Positions 11,831-21,819 of a DNA stretch of 64,000 nt are shown piece by piece; the stretch's first letter is position 1, and every line of letters begins with the position of its first letter. The notes under the pieces were generated by a model, which was given only the letters and a program-made list of their open reading frames with translations, ran no database searches and was not told the DNA's origin. Source of the DNA: an uncultured Gemmatimonadales bacterium. Lineage in GTDB: Bacteria > Gemmatimonadota > Gemmatimonadetes > Longimicrobiales > RSA9. Location of the stretch: assembly GCA_963798085.1 (NCBI GenBank), contig CAWCRS010000007.1, forward strand, positions 1,088,001 through 1,152,000, written 5' to 3'. The position numbers and the translations under genes were made by a program.

Positions 11831-12811
11831 CTACCTCGTTTGGTCCGGTAAGGAGGAAAGCGGCTTGCCCAGCTTGCGCGAGAGATGGTGCAGCATGTCC
11901 GCGGTCATGGCCTGCAGATCGTATGCGGGCTGCCAGCCCCATTCGGTGCGCGCCGCGCTGTCATCGATGCGGCGCGGCCAGGAATCCGCGATCGCCTGAC
12001 GCACCGCGTCCACGCGGTAGGCAATACGGAAATCCGGCAGGTGCTGGCGCAGGGCATCGGCCAGCATGTCGGGCGTCAGCTGCATGGCGGTGATATTGAA
12101 CGCATTGCGATGACAGAGCGCGCTGCTATCGGCCTCCATCAGCTCCATGGCGGCGCGAATGGCATCGGGCATGTACATCATGTCGAGCTGTGTTTCCGCC
12201 GAGAGGAAGCAGGTGTAGCTGCCCGCCTCAATGGCGGCGTAGAAGATCTCGACTGCGTAGTCCGTGGTGCCCCCGCCTGCCTGCGCGACGTAGGAGATGA
12301 GTCCGGGGAAGCGCACGCCGCGCGCGTCCACGCCGAAGCGCACGAAGTAGTAGTCGCAGAGCAGCTCGCCCGCGACCTTGGTCACGCCGTACATGGTGCG
12401 CGGCCGCTGCACGGTGTCCTGCGGCGCCGGATCGCGTGGTGTGCCCGGGCCGAACGCTGCGATCGAGCTGGGCGCGAACAGCGCGCAGCCCGCCTCGCGC
12501 GCGACTTCCAGCACGTTGAACAGCGAGCCCATGTTCAGCGTGTACGCGCGTTGTGGATCTTCCTCGCCGCGCGCCGAGAGCAGTGCCGCGAGGTGGAAGA
12601 TGGCATCAGCCTGGTGTTCCTTGACGGCGCGCGCCACCGCGTGCGGGTCCATGCAGTCGAGCCGTGTCCACGGACCGGCTTCGCGCAGGTCCGCGGATGG
12701 CTCACGGACGTCGCTCGCGAGTACGGCCGCATCACCGTAGACACCACGCAGTGCCGGGACCAGCTCGGTGCCTACCTGGCCACCCGCCCCCGTCACCAGG
12801 ATCCGTTTCAT
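11831..12811 (-). CDS. SDR-type L-threonine 3-dehydrogenase
   Basis: TGAGGQVG, HLAALLSA, YGVTK, GGGTTDYAV, DSWP motifs; paired with kbl. Confidence 0.88.
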   Translation of the reverse strand: MKRILVTGAGGQVGTELVPALRGVYGDAAVLASDVREPSADLREAGPWTRLDCMDPHAVARAVKEHQADAIFHLAALLSARGEEDPQRAYTLNMGSLFNVLEVAREAGCALFAPSSIAAFGPGTPRDPAPQDTVQRPRTMYGVTKVAGELLCDYYFVRFGVDARGVRFPGLISYVAQAGGGTTDYAVEIFYAAIEAGSYTCFLSAETQLDMMYMPDAIRAAMELMEADSSALCHRNAFNITAMQLTPDMLADALRQHLPDFRIAYRVDAVRQAIADSWPRRIDDSAARTEWGWQPAYDLQAMTADMLHHLSRKLGKPLSSLPDQTR

Positions 12812-12981
12812 GTTTGCTCCGCTGAATTGCCGGCCGCGCGGCCATGCAGGACGGCGGTAGCATACGCGCGCACCGGGCCAAAGCAAGTGCGCACGGCTGG
12901 CCATCGAGGGCTGTCGCAAGCGACAATGCGCGTTAGGTTGTGGCCGGCTTTCGATCCGCGTCTCCGCTTGGGATGACTGGA

Positions 12982-14043
12982 ATGACTGAGGAAACACAGG
13001 AACACGCGGGACCCACCTTACCCGAACTGGTTGCCCGGCTGTTGCGCGGCGAGCATCTCGGCATCGCCGACGCCGAGAGCGCGTTTCGCACGATCATGGA
13101 GGGCCGGGCCACGCCGGTGCAAACCGCCGCGTTCCTCATCGCGCTGCGCGCCAAGCGTGAGCACCCGGTGGAAGTGGCAGGCGGCGTGCGCGCATTGCGC
13201 GCCGCGATGGTGCCGGTAGCTGCGAGCGAGCCGGGCACGCTGGTCGATACCTGCGGCACGGGTGGTGGTGCGGTCACCACCTTCAACATCTCGACTGCTG
13301 CCGCACTGCTGGCCGCAGGCGCGGGCGTGCGCATCGCCAAGCACGGCAACCGCTCGTTCACATCGCGCTGCGGGAGCGCGGACGTGCTCGCTGAGCTGGG
13401 TGTCGCGATCGAGCTGACGCCGGCAGCCATGGGCCAGGTGCTGGAAGAGGCGGGCATTGTGTTCATGTTCGCGCCGCTGCTGCACCCGGCGATGAAGCAT
13501 GTGGCGCCGGTACGCCGTGAGCTGGGCGTGCCCACGATCATGAACATCCTGGGCCCGCTCACAAACCCCGCGGGTGCGCGGCGTCAGGTGGTGGGCGTGG
13601 CCGATCCCGCACTCGTCGAGCTGATCGCGGGCGCACTGCACGAGCTGGGACACCAACAGGCGCTCGTCGTGCACGGCGATCCCGGGCTCGATGAGCTGAG
13701 CCCGATCGGCGAGACCAGCGTGATCGAGCTGAAGCGCGGCCAGCTGAGCCGCTATCGGCTGTCCCCCGCGAGCCTGCTCGGTGATGCCGCGCTGGATGCT
13801 GCCGACCTGGCGGGTGGCTCGCCGGAACACAATGCGGCCGTCATCACGGGCGTGCTGGAGGGCCGCCTGCAGGGCGCAGCTCGCGCTGCGGTGGTGCTCA
13901 ATGCCGGCGCCGCCATCTATGTCGGCGGGCTGGCCGATGATCTCAGAGAGGGAGTCCGTCTCGCGGAATGCGCCCTGGACGAGGGTCACGGCCTGGCCGC
14001 GCTGCAGCGGCTGCGCAGCGCCAGCAGCGCGGCCCGCGAATGA
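12982..14043 (+). CDS. trpD: Anthranilate phosphoribosyltransferase
   Basis: DTCGTGG, TFNIST, KHGNRS, GSADVL, NILGPLTNP. Confidence 0.97.
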   Translation: MTEETQEHAGPTLPELVARLLRGEHLGIADAESAFRTIMEGRATPVQTAAFLIALRAKREHPVEVAGGVRALRAAMVPVAASEPGTLVDTCGTGGGAVTTFNISTAAALLAAGAGVRIAKHGNRSFTSRCGSADVLAELGVAIELTPAAMGQVLEEAGIVFMFAPLLHPAMKHVAPVRRELGVPTIMNILGPLTNPAGARRQVVGVADPALVELIAGALHELGHQQALVVHGDPGLDELSPIGETSVIELKRGQLSRYRLSPASLLGDAALDAADLAGGSPEHNAAVITGVLEGRLQGAARAAVVLNAGAAIYVGGLADDLREGVRLAECALDEGHGLAALQRLRSASSAARE

Positions 14044-14117
14044 ACCGGCGCGCCGGGCGCGGCACCGCCGCGCCCAAACCGCGTGTTAGTGCGGTGCGAC
14101 GCGGCGGCGCGGGCTCC

Positions 14118-14246
14118 TCAGTTCGCTGAAACTACAGCCCGCAGGGTCCAGGGCCCGAGGATAGGACCTCCTTCCACCCGCAGCACCAGAAGCGTTGTGC
14201 TGCGTCGGTCTGTCCGCCCCACCACAAATGCTTTCCGCCGCCCCAT
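14118..14246 (-). CDS. Putative 42-aa small protein translationally coupled to lexA
   Basis: ATG overlaps lexA stop (TGATG); MGRRKAFVVGRTDRRSTTLLVLRVEGGPILGPWTLRAVVSAN*. Confidence 0.4.
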   Translation of the reverse strand: MGRRKAFVVGRTDRRSTTLLVLRVEGGPILGPWTLRAVVSAN

Positions 14247-14854
14247 CAGTACCTCCGGATGACCCCAACCACGATGCCCTGAACCCGAATATCCTGTGAC
14301 CGGAAAAACATTGCCGGCATGCGCTCGTTCGCCGGCTGGAGCCGGACCCGGCCGTCCGACTCGCGATAGAACTTCTTCACGGTGGCCGCCTCGCCCTGCA
14401 CCAACGCGACCACCATGTCGCCGTTCTGGGCGGTGGGCTGCGCGTTCACGATCACGTAGTCGCCATCACGAATCTGCTCGTCGATCATGGAGTTGCCCTT
14501 CACGCGCAGCACGTAATGCTGGCCGCCGCGGCGCAGCAGTGTCTCGGGCACAGCGATCGACTCGCGATCCTCGATTGCCTCAATGGGCACACCCGCCGCG
14601 ACCGTGCCCAGCAGCGGCAGCTCCAGCGCACTCGTATTGCTGCCCCCATCCATCAGCTCGATGGATCGGCTCGCGTTGTAGCTCTTCCGGATGTATCCCT
14701 TGAGCCGCAGATTCTCGAGATGCTCATGCACCGTGGCCAGCGATGTGTAGCCGAAGTGCTGCGCGATCTCCTCGAAGCTCGGCGGGTACCCGTTGTCTTC
14801 GAGGAACCGCTCGAGGAAATCGAGAATCTCCTTCTGTCGCTTGGTCAGAGGCAT
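14246..14854 (-). CDS. lexA: SOS repressor LexA
   Basis: LTKRQ...YPPS wHTH, VAAG cleavage site, GNSM (Ser), TVKK (Lys). Confidence 0.98.
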   Translation of the reverse strand: MPLTKRQKEILDFLERFLEDNGYPPSFEEIAQHFGYTSLATVHEHLENLRLKGYIRKSYNASRSIELMDGGSNTSALELPLLGTVAAGVPIEAIEDRESIAVPETLLRRGGQHYVLRVKGNSMIDEQIRDGDYVIVNAQPTAQNGDMVVALVQGEAATVKKFYRESDGRVRLQPANERMPAMFFRSQDIRVQGIVVGVIRRY

Positions 14855-14902
14855 CGTGACCTCGGATGCGGTGCGTGGGCTCCCCGGCTGGTCGGTGGCC
14901 TA

Positions 14903-14944
14903 CCGAAGAGGAACCGAAAGCAACTTACCCGAAAGTGAACCGAA
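14903..14944. promoter_or_regulatory. Candidate tandem LexA operators (CCGAA-N6-CCGAA x2)
   Basis: CCGAAGAGGAACCGAA (14903-14918) and CCGAAAGTGAACCGAA (14929-14944) upstream of lexA. Confidence 0.6.
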
Positions 14945-15767
14945 GCGCAAGAGGCGCGGCCGGATTCCTGGATCGGATCCTGGTGGCGAAGCAGGAAGAG
15001 GTGGCGGGCCTGCGGAGTCGGCGGGCGGAGCTGCGCCGGCAGGCTGAGCGTGCGTCGCCCGCGCGCCCCTTCGGTGCGGCGCTCCAGCAGCTGGCGGAGG
15101 TCACTGTGATCGCGGAGTACAAGCGTCGCTCACCCTCTGCCGGCGCCCTGGGCAAGGGCGACCCGGCAGAGGTCGCGCGCGCCTATGCCGCCGGGGGCGC
15201 ACGTGCCGTCAGCGTGCTGACCGATGGTCCGTTCTTCGGCGGGTCGCTGGCCGACCTGGCCGCTGTGCGCGCCTCCGTGGAGTTGCCCGTTCTGCGCAAG
15301 GACTTCGTGCTGGACGAAGCGCAGGTCTGGGAGGCCAGGGCGGCGGGCGCGGATGCGGTGCTGCTGATCGCGCGCATCCTGGAGGACGCGCGGCTGGCGG
15401 GGCTGCTCGATCTGTGTCGCGAGCTGCAGTTCTCGGCGCTGGTCGAGGTGCACGATGCGGCCGAGCTGGAGCGCGCGCTGCGGGCGGGCGCGGGCATCAT
15501 CGGCGTCAACAACCGTGACCTGGAGACGTTCGCGACGGATCTCGACGTGACGTTGACGCTTGCCAGCCTCATCCCTGTGGACCGCGTGCTCGTGGGCGAG
15601 AGCGGCATTGCCACGGCCGCCGATGTGGACCGCCTCGGAAGCGCGGGTGTCGACGCGGTGCTGGTGGGCGAGGCGCTGATGCGGGGTGGTGGCGTGAGCG
15701 CCCTGGCGGGCCGACCCAAGCGCAGCCGGGACCGTACGCCCATCTCGGCGGGCTTCGCGTTGCTGAT
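14935..15767 (+). CDS. trpC: Indole-3-glycerol-phosphate synthase (in-frame with trpF as assembled)
   Basis: IAEYKRRSPS, SVLTD, LRKDF, GVNNRDL, ESGI, LVGEALM. Confidence 0.95.
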
Positions 15768-16431
15768 GCGGGTCAAGATCTGCGGGGTCTGCCGGCCCGG
15801 GGATGCTGCGGCCGCGGTGGCAGCGGGCGCCGACTACGTGGGTGTGATCCTGGCACCGGGGCGCGCGCGCACGCAGTCGTTGTCACAGGCCGCTGCCATC
15901 TGGAGCGCGGCGCCGCAGGCGATGCGCGTCGGTGTTTTCGTGGATGCGGCGCCGGCGGAGCTGGCCGCAACAGCGCGCGAACTCGGCCTGCACGTGCTGC
16001 AGCTGCACGGCGAGGAGGACGCGGCACTGGTGCAGGCGGTGCGCGCGGCGGGCCAGTGGCGCGTCTGGAAGGCGGTGCGACCACGCTCGGGCGGGGAATT
16101 CGCGCGCGCGGCGGAGTACTGGGCGCCGCTGGTGGACGGCCTGCTGGTGGACGGCTGGTCGGCCGAGGCGGCGGGCGGCACCGGTGTGGCCTTCGGCTGG
16201 GACGCAGTGGCCGGCCTGCGCGACCTGGTGCCGGATAACATTGAGTTTGTGGTGGCGGGCGGCCTGAACCCCGGCAACGTGGCGCAGGCCGTCGCGCGGC
16301 TGGCGCCCGATACTGTGGATGTCAGCTCGGGCGTGGAGAGTGAGCGGGGCATCAAGTCGGCGGAGCGGGTGCAGGCGTTCGTGCAGGCGGCGCGGAGCGC
16401 AATCCCGCAGCCCGCAGCGAGGAAGCCATGA
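15766..16431 (+). CDS. trpF: Phosphoribosylanthranilate isomerase
   Basis: [29 protein letters not shown]. Confidence 0.95.
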   Translation: MRVKICGVCRPGDAAAAVAAGADYVGVILAPGRARTQSLSQAAAIWSAAPQAMRVGVFVDAAPAELAATARELGLHVLQLHGEEDAALVQAVRAAGQWRVWKAVRPRSGGEFARAAEYWAPLVDGLLVDGWSAEAAGGTGVAFGWDAVAGLRDLVPDNIEFVVAGGLNPGNVAQAVARLAPDTVDVSSGVESERGIKSAERVQAFVQAARSAIPQPAARKP

Positions 16432-17628
16432 GCGAAGTGGCGACGCAGGACACCACCCGTTTCGGCGCGTACGGCGGGCGTTACGTGCCGGAGACGCTGA
16501 TGGCGGCGCTCGACCAGCTCGCGCAGGCCTGGGCCACGGCGTCCGTGGAGACGGCCTTCTGGACCGAGCTGGAAGCACTGCTGCGCGACTACGTGGGACG
16601 GCCCACGCCGCTCTGGCACGCGCAGCGCCTGAGTGAGGTCGCAGGCGTCAAGGTCTGGCTCAAGCGCGAGGACCTGAATCACACCGGGGCGCACAAGATC
16701 AACAACACGCTGGGTCAGATCCTGCTGGCGAGGCGCATGGGTAAACGCCGCATTATCGCGGAGACCGGCGCGGGCCAGCATGGTGTGGCCACAGCCACGG
16801 TGTGCGCGCTGTTCGGCCTGCGCTGCGCCATTGACATGGGCGCGGAAGATGTGCAGCGGCAGGCGCTCAACGTCTATCGCATGAAACTGCTGGGCGCAGA
16901 GGTGCGGACCGTCGAATCCGGCACGCGGACGCTCAAGGATGCGACCAATGAAGCCATGCGCGACTGGGTGGCTCATGTTGCCGATACTCACTATATTATC
17001 GGCTCCGTTGTCGGTCCTGATCCGTACCCGCGCCTCGTCCGCGATCTTCAGTCCGTGATTGGCCGGGAGACACGCTCCCAGTTCGAACGGAACGAAGGTC
17101 GGCTTCCCGCCGCGGTCATCGCCTGTGTCGGCGGTGGATCCAATGCCATGGGCATCTTTCACGAGTTCGTGCCGGAGGGCAGTGTCGCCCTTGTAGGCGT
17201 CGAAGCGGCCGGCGAAGGTCTGGCGAGCGGGCATCACGCCGCATCGCTGAGCGCGGGTTCGCCCGGCGTGCTGCACGGCTCGTACAGCTATCTGCTGCAG
17301 GATGCGGAAGGACAGGTGGCGCCCGCGCATTCCGTGTCGGCCGGCCTCGACTATCCGGGTGTCGGCCCGGAGCACGCGTGGCTGAAGGACACGGGTCGTG
17401 CACAGTATGTCAGTGTGACCGATGCGGAAGCACTCGATGGGTTCGCACAACTGGCCCGGCTGGAAGGCATCATTCCGGCGCTGGAGAGTGCGCACGCAGT
17501 GGCCTACGTGCTGCGCGAAGGCAGACAGTGGGCGGGGGCGGGGTCCGTAGTCATTCTGTCTCAGCGGGCGGGGAGACAAGGATGTGGAACACGTGTCGTC
17601 GCTGACCCACGGGATGGCCGGGCACTGA
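16428..17628 (+). CDS. trpB: Tryptophan synthase beta chain (+1 indel near 17556)
   Basis: [22 protein letters not shown]; the conserved C-terminal LSGRGDKDV continues in another frame to a stop at 17628. Confidence 0.96.
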
Positions 17629-17646
17629 GAACGAGGCGAGCGCACC

Positions 17647-19497
17647 ATGAGCCTGGATAGCGACGCCAATTCCGTAGACAACCCGACGGCTGCCGAACCC
17701 GCCGCCAGCGCGACGGGTGCGACGCCTAACGGCGCGTCATCGGCGCGGCCACCAGCCGGCGGCTCCGCCCCGGCCGCCGCCGCGGTGTCCTTCGAGGACT
17801 GGGGCGAAGCGCCGCTGCCCGACGCGGAGATCGCCGAGCTGTTCATGGCCCTGGAGAAGGCGATCCGCGCGCGCCGGCTCTATCAGGAGAACAACCCCGT
17901 CTATCAGCAGTTCCTCCTCAATACACGCAATGCCGTGACCCGCCTGTGGGATCGTGTGCCCTCGCTCACGGTCTCCGTCGAAGAGCAGGGCTTCCGCTGC
18001 TTCGGCAAGGCGTTTCCCTCGAAGGATGCGCGCGAGGGCCTGGCCTTCCTGTTCTATCGCGACGGCGTACGCGTGCTCACGTTCCTGCCCGGCTTCGAGG
18101 ACGAGATCGATCTGTTCGTGCACGTGATCGATCGCGCCCGCCAGATGGGTCCGCGCGCGACCGATGACATCGTCACACTGCTCTGGGAAGAGGAATTCTC
18201 GGCCTTCCAGTACAGCTACGTCGATCTGCTCGCGGAAGGCGGCATGCTGCCGCAGGCGCCGCGCGAACCGCCCGCGCCCGCCGAGGTGAATCGCGAGCAC
18301 ATTGAGCGCGTGGTGGAAGGGGAGCCGGACGAAAAGCCACCGCCCGCCGTGGAGGCGGGACAGCCGCCGCTGGCGCAGATCGTCAACGTCGAGAACTTCG
18401 TCGAGACGACGTATTTCCTCGAGTCCGATGAGCTGGACACGCTGTATCGCGAAGTGGAAGCGGAATGGGAACGCGACGTGCGCGCCGCTGTGCTGGACGC
18501 GCTCTTCGACCGCCTCGAGGATTCCACGTTCGCGGACCGGCACGGCGAGATCCTGCGCATCCTGGGACAGCTGCTGCCCGCGTTTCTGGCGCGCGGCGAT
18601 CTCTCCAATGTGTCGAAGATCCTGGTCGAGGTGGCCGAGATCGGCGAGCAGCCGCACCTGGGGATGGAGGAGAAGCAGGAGATCGAGCGGCTGCTCAAGG
18701 AGCTGAGTGATGCTCAGGTGTTATCACAGTTCCTGGGCTCGCTCGAGGACGGCACCATCAATCCCACCGAGCAGGAGCTGGCGCTGTTCCTCTCCTATCT
18801 GGGGTCGGAGGCGCTGCCCCTGCTGATCCGCACCGTGGAGAAGACGGAGTCGGTGCGGCTGCGCGAGCGCATGGCGCCGGCGCTGGATGGCGTGGGCCGC
18901 AAGCACGCCCGGCCGCTGGCCGGCATGGTGGCTGCGCCCGACGAGAAAGTGGCGCAGGGCGCGGCGCGCATCGCCGGCCGCATCAAGCTGCGCGCCGCCA
19001 CTAACAATCTGATAGCACTGTTCCGCAAGTCGGATGTCGTCGGCCGCCGCATCGCCATCGAAGCGCTCTCCGCCATGGGCGATCCGGGCGCACTGGAGGC
19101 GGTGCAGGAGGGGCTGAACGATGGCGACCGCGAAGTGCGCATTGCGGCGGCGCGCGGCCTGGCGGCCACCAGCACGCCGTCCGCGCGCGACCGGCTGAAG
19201 GGCATGGTGAAGAGCCGCGCCCTGCGCGATGCCGACCTCACCGAACAGATCGCCGTGTTCGAGGCCTACGGCAGCGCGGCGAGCGAAGAGGACATCGAGG
19301 TGCTGGACCGGCTGCTGAACGGGCGTCGCCTGCTGACGAAGGAGTCGCCGGAAATCCGCTCCTGCGCGGCCATGGCGCTGGGCCGCATTGCATCGCCGGC
19401 CGCGCGCACCGCGCTCATGGAATCCGCCCACGATCCGCATCCCATGGTACGCAATGCGGTGTCCCGCGCGCTGGCGCAGCCGAGGAGCGGGGCATGA
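17647..19497 (+). CDS. HEAT-repeat protein
   Basis: Repeated D..VR.AA..LG helical units in C-terminal half; acidic N-terminal domain. Confidence 0.8.
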   Translation: MSLDSDANSVDNPTAAEPAASATGATPNGASSARPPAGGSAPAAAAVSFEDWGEAPLPDAEIAELFMALEKAIRARRLYQENNPVYQQFLLNTRNAVTRLWDRVPSLTVSVEEQGFRCFGKAFPSKDAREGLAFLFYRDGVRVLTFLPGFEDEIDLFVHVIDRARQMGPRATDDIVTLLWEEEFSAFQYSYVDLLAEGGMLPQAPREPPAPAEVNREHIERVVEGEPDEKPPPAVEAGQPPLAQIVNVENFVETTYFLESDELDTLYREVEAEWERDVRAAVLDALFDRLEDSTFADRHGEILRILGQLLPAFLARGDLSNVSKILVEVAEIGEQPHLGMEEKQEIERLLKELSDAQVLSQFLGSLEDGTINPTEQELALFLSYLGSEALPLLIRTVEKTESVRLRERMAPALDGVGRKHARPLAGMVAAPDEKVAQGAARIAGRIKLRAATNNLIALFRKSDVVGRRIAIEALSAMGDPGALEAVQEGLNDGDREVRIAAARGLAATSTPSARDRLKGMVKSRALRDADLTEQIAVFEAYGSAASEEDIEVLDRLLNGRRLLTKESPEIRSCAAMALGRIASPAARTALMESAHDPHPMVRNAVSRALAQPRSGA

Positions 19498-20948
19498 GCC
19501 AGGCCGCGCCACCGCTGGTCCACAGCGAGACCGTTCTCCAGCCGCTGGGGCGCGCCATGATCACCGCGCTCTATGCGGCGTCCAAGGCGTTCAAGTTCTA
19601 TCCGCTGGAAAACGCCACCGTGCAGAACGCGCTCGATCAGGTGTACGCCATCGTGCGCCGCATCCTCGATCGCGAGGAGTCGATTCAGCTGCGCCTGGTA
19701 GGGGACTTCCTGTTCCTGAACGAAGCTCGCCTGCGACTCGATCTCTCGGATTACGTTTCGTTCTCCTACGTGGCCGGTCTCTTCAGCCGCCACGGCGTCG
19801 GCCAGGTGACGATGCTGAAGGGACTGGAGCGGCACCACCTCGTGCCCTTCCTCTCGCTGCTCATCGAAGAAGGATCGGGCGGCGAGGCGGCGTTCGAGGT
19901 GTTCCTCGGCCGTTTCGAGGCCAGTCACGCGAAGTACATTGATGTCGATCCCGCGAAGGAGATCACGGAAGATCTCGGACTGGAAGCCGACGAGCGCGCC
20001 AAGGAAGCCGCCAAGGTCACCTACTTCCAGTCGGTGCACGTGGCGCGCGAAGTCCTGACTGATGCCCGCCTGGGTCGTGCCGTCAATCTGCGCCGCGTGA
20101 AGCGCGCCGTGCAGTCCATTGTGGACCAGGTGCTGAACAACGAAACATCGATTGTGGGCATGACCACGCTGCGGGACTACGACGAATACACGTTCACGCA
20201 CTCGGTCAACGTCAGCATCATCAGCGTCGTGATCGGGCAGCGTCTCGGCCTTTCCAAGCTGCAGCTCTACGAGCTGGGCCTGGGTGCCCTGTTCCACGAC
20301 ATTGGCAAACAGCGCATTGACGCGGCCATTGTCACCAAGGCCGCCGGGCTCACGAACGAAGAATGGGCCTGGATCCGGCGCCATCCGACGGAGGGCCTGC
20401 TGGCGCTCTTCTGGATGCGCGGTCTGGCGGATGTGCCGTACCGGCCCATGCTCATGGCCTACGAGCACCACATGAAAATCGACCTGACCGGCTATCCGCG
20501 GAACAAGCGGTCGCGCACGCCCACGCTGTTCAGCCGCATTGTGGCGACCGCGGATGGTTTCGACGCGGCCACCTCCAAGCGCAGCTACCAGCATCAGCCG
20601 TGGCCGGCGGACGAAGTACTGCGCGAGATGCGTGACAATCCCAAGCGCGGCTTCGATCCGCTGCTGGTCAAGGCGCTGGTGACGGCGACGGGCGTGTTCC
20701 CGGTTGGCACGCTGACCATCCTGGACACCTTCGAAATGGCCGTGGTGGTGGCGCGCAATCCGGATCCCAAGCGCCTGCACCAGCCGGTGGTGCGCATCAT
20801 CTCGGACAACATGGGCATCACGCTGGCGGAGCCCGTCACGGCGGATCTCAGTGACCAGGATGAGGAGACGGGCAAGGCGAAGCGCGCCATCATCAAGACC
20901 GTGGACCCCGACCGGTTCGGCATTCGTGTCTCCGACTATTTCGTCTAG
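19494..20948 (+). CDS. HD-GYP domain cyclic-dinucleotide phosphodiesterase
   Basis: YTFTHSVNV, FHDIGK, EHH..IDLTGYP, ADGFDA. Confidence 0.9.
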   Translation: MSQAAPPLVHSETVLQPLGRAMITALYAASKAFKFYPLENATVQNALDQVYAIVRRILDREESIQLRLVGDFLFLNEARLRLDLSDYVSFSYVAGLFSRHGVGQVTMLKGLERHHLVPFLSLLIEEGSGGEAAFEVFLGRFEASHAKYIDVDPAKEITEDLGLEADERAKEAAKVTYFQSVHVAREVLTDARLGRAVNLRRVKRAVQSIVDQVLNNETSIVGMTTLRDYDEYTFTHSVNVSIISVVIGQRLGLSKLQLYELGLGALFHDIGKQRIDAAIVTKAAGLTNEEWAWIRRHPTEGLLALFWMRGLADVPYRPMLMAYEHHMKIDLTGYPRNKRSRTPTLFSRIVATADGFDAATSKRSYQHQPWPADEVLREMRDNPKRGFDPLLVKALVTATGVFPVGTLTILDTFEMAVVVARNPDPKRLHQPVVRIISDNMGITLAEPVTADLSDQDEETGKAKRAIIKTVDPDRFGIRVSDYFV

Positions 20949-21771
20949 CACCACAGCCCGGACGGAAGACCCGCTCGCGGAGTCGTTCGCCACGTGGCGG
21001 GCCGCCGGCCACCACGTGCTCATTCCCTACATAACAGCCGGTTACCCGGCGCCCGCCGAGACGCCCGCGCTGCTGCGCGCGCTGGTGCGTGCCGGCGCCG
21101 ATGTCATCGAACTGGGTGTGCCCTTCAGCGATCCCGTGGCGGACGGCCCCACCATTCAGCGTTCCTCCCAGCGTGCCCTGGAGCAGGGCGTCACGCTGCC
21201 CTGGGTGCTGGATGTGCTGCGCGCATTCCGTGCCGAGCACGACACACCGGTGGTGCTGTTCACCTATATCAATCCGGTGCTGCGCTATGGTGTGGATGCG
21301 TTCCTGGCTGCGGCGAGGGAGGCGGGCGCACAGGGTCTGCTGGTGACCGATCTGCCCGTGGGCGGCGATGCCCGCCTCGAGGAAACGCTGGACCGCTCGC
21401 CGCTCTCGCACGTCAACCTGGTGGCGCCCACGACGCCGCCCGGGCGGGCCGCCGCCATTGCGCGCCGGGCCCAGGGCTTTCTCTACTACATCTCACGCAC
21501 GGGCGTGACCGGTGCCACGGCCGAGCTGCGCGGCAACCTGGCGCAGGAAGTGGCGGCGCTGCGGCGCGCGAGTCCGGTCGCCGTAGCCGTGGGCTTCGGC
21601 ATCTCGACACCGGAGCAGGCCGCACAGGTTGCGGCCGTTGCCGATGGCGTGGTGGTGGGCAGTGCGCTCATTGATGCGCTCGACCGCGGCGGTGTTCCCG
21701 AGGCCGCGCGTTTTCTCGCCGGACTGCGCGCCGCCATGGACGCGGTTCCCGCCCGGTCACGGGCTTCCTGA
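20926..21771 (+). CDS. trpA: Tryptophan synthase alpha chain
   Basis: ELGVPFSDPVADGPTIQ, SRTGVTG, GFGIS, DGVVVGSA; start approximate. Confidence 0.97.
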   Translation: MSPTISSSTTARTEDPLAESFATWRAAGHHVLIPYITAGYPAPAETPALLRALVRAGADVIELGVPFSDPVADGPTIQRSSQRALEQGVTLPWVLDVLRAFRAEHDTPVVLFTYINPVLRYGVDAFLAAAREAGAQGLLVTDLPVGGDARLEETLDRSPLSHVNLVAPTTPPGRAAAIARRAQGFLYYISRTGVTGATAELRGNLAQEVAALRRASPVAVAVGFGISTPEQAAQVAAVADGVVVGSALIDALDRGGVPEAARFLAGLRAAMDAVPARSRAS

Positions 21772-21819
21772 CATTCACGGATTGCAGGCGACGATGTCGC
21801 GTCGCCTCTTCTCCGTTGT

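Noticed and set aside
14866..16431. TrpC-TrpF fusion protein
   Set aside because: Not accepted as real: a TGATG stop/start overlap sits at the trpF ATG, so a single extra base in the trpC tail would create the apparent fusion, and such indels are common here
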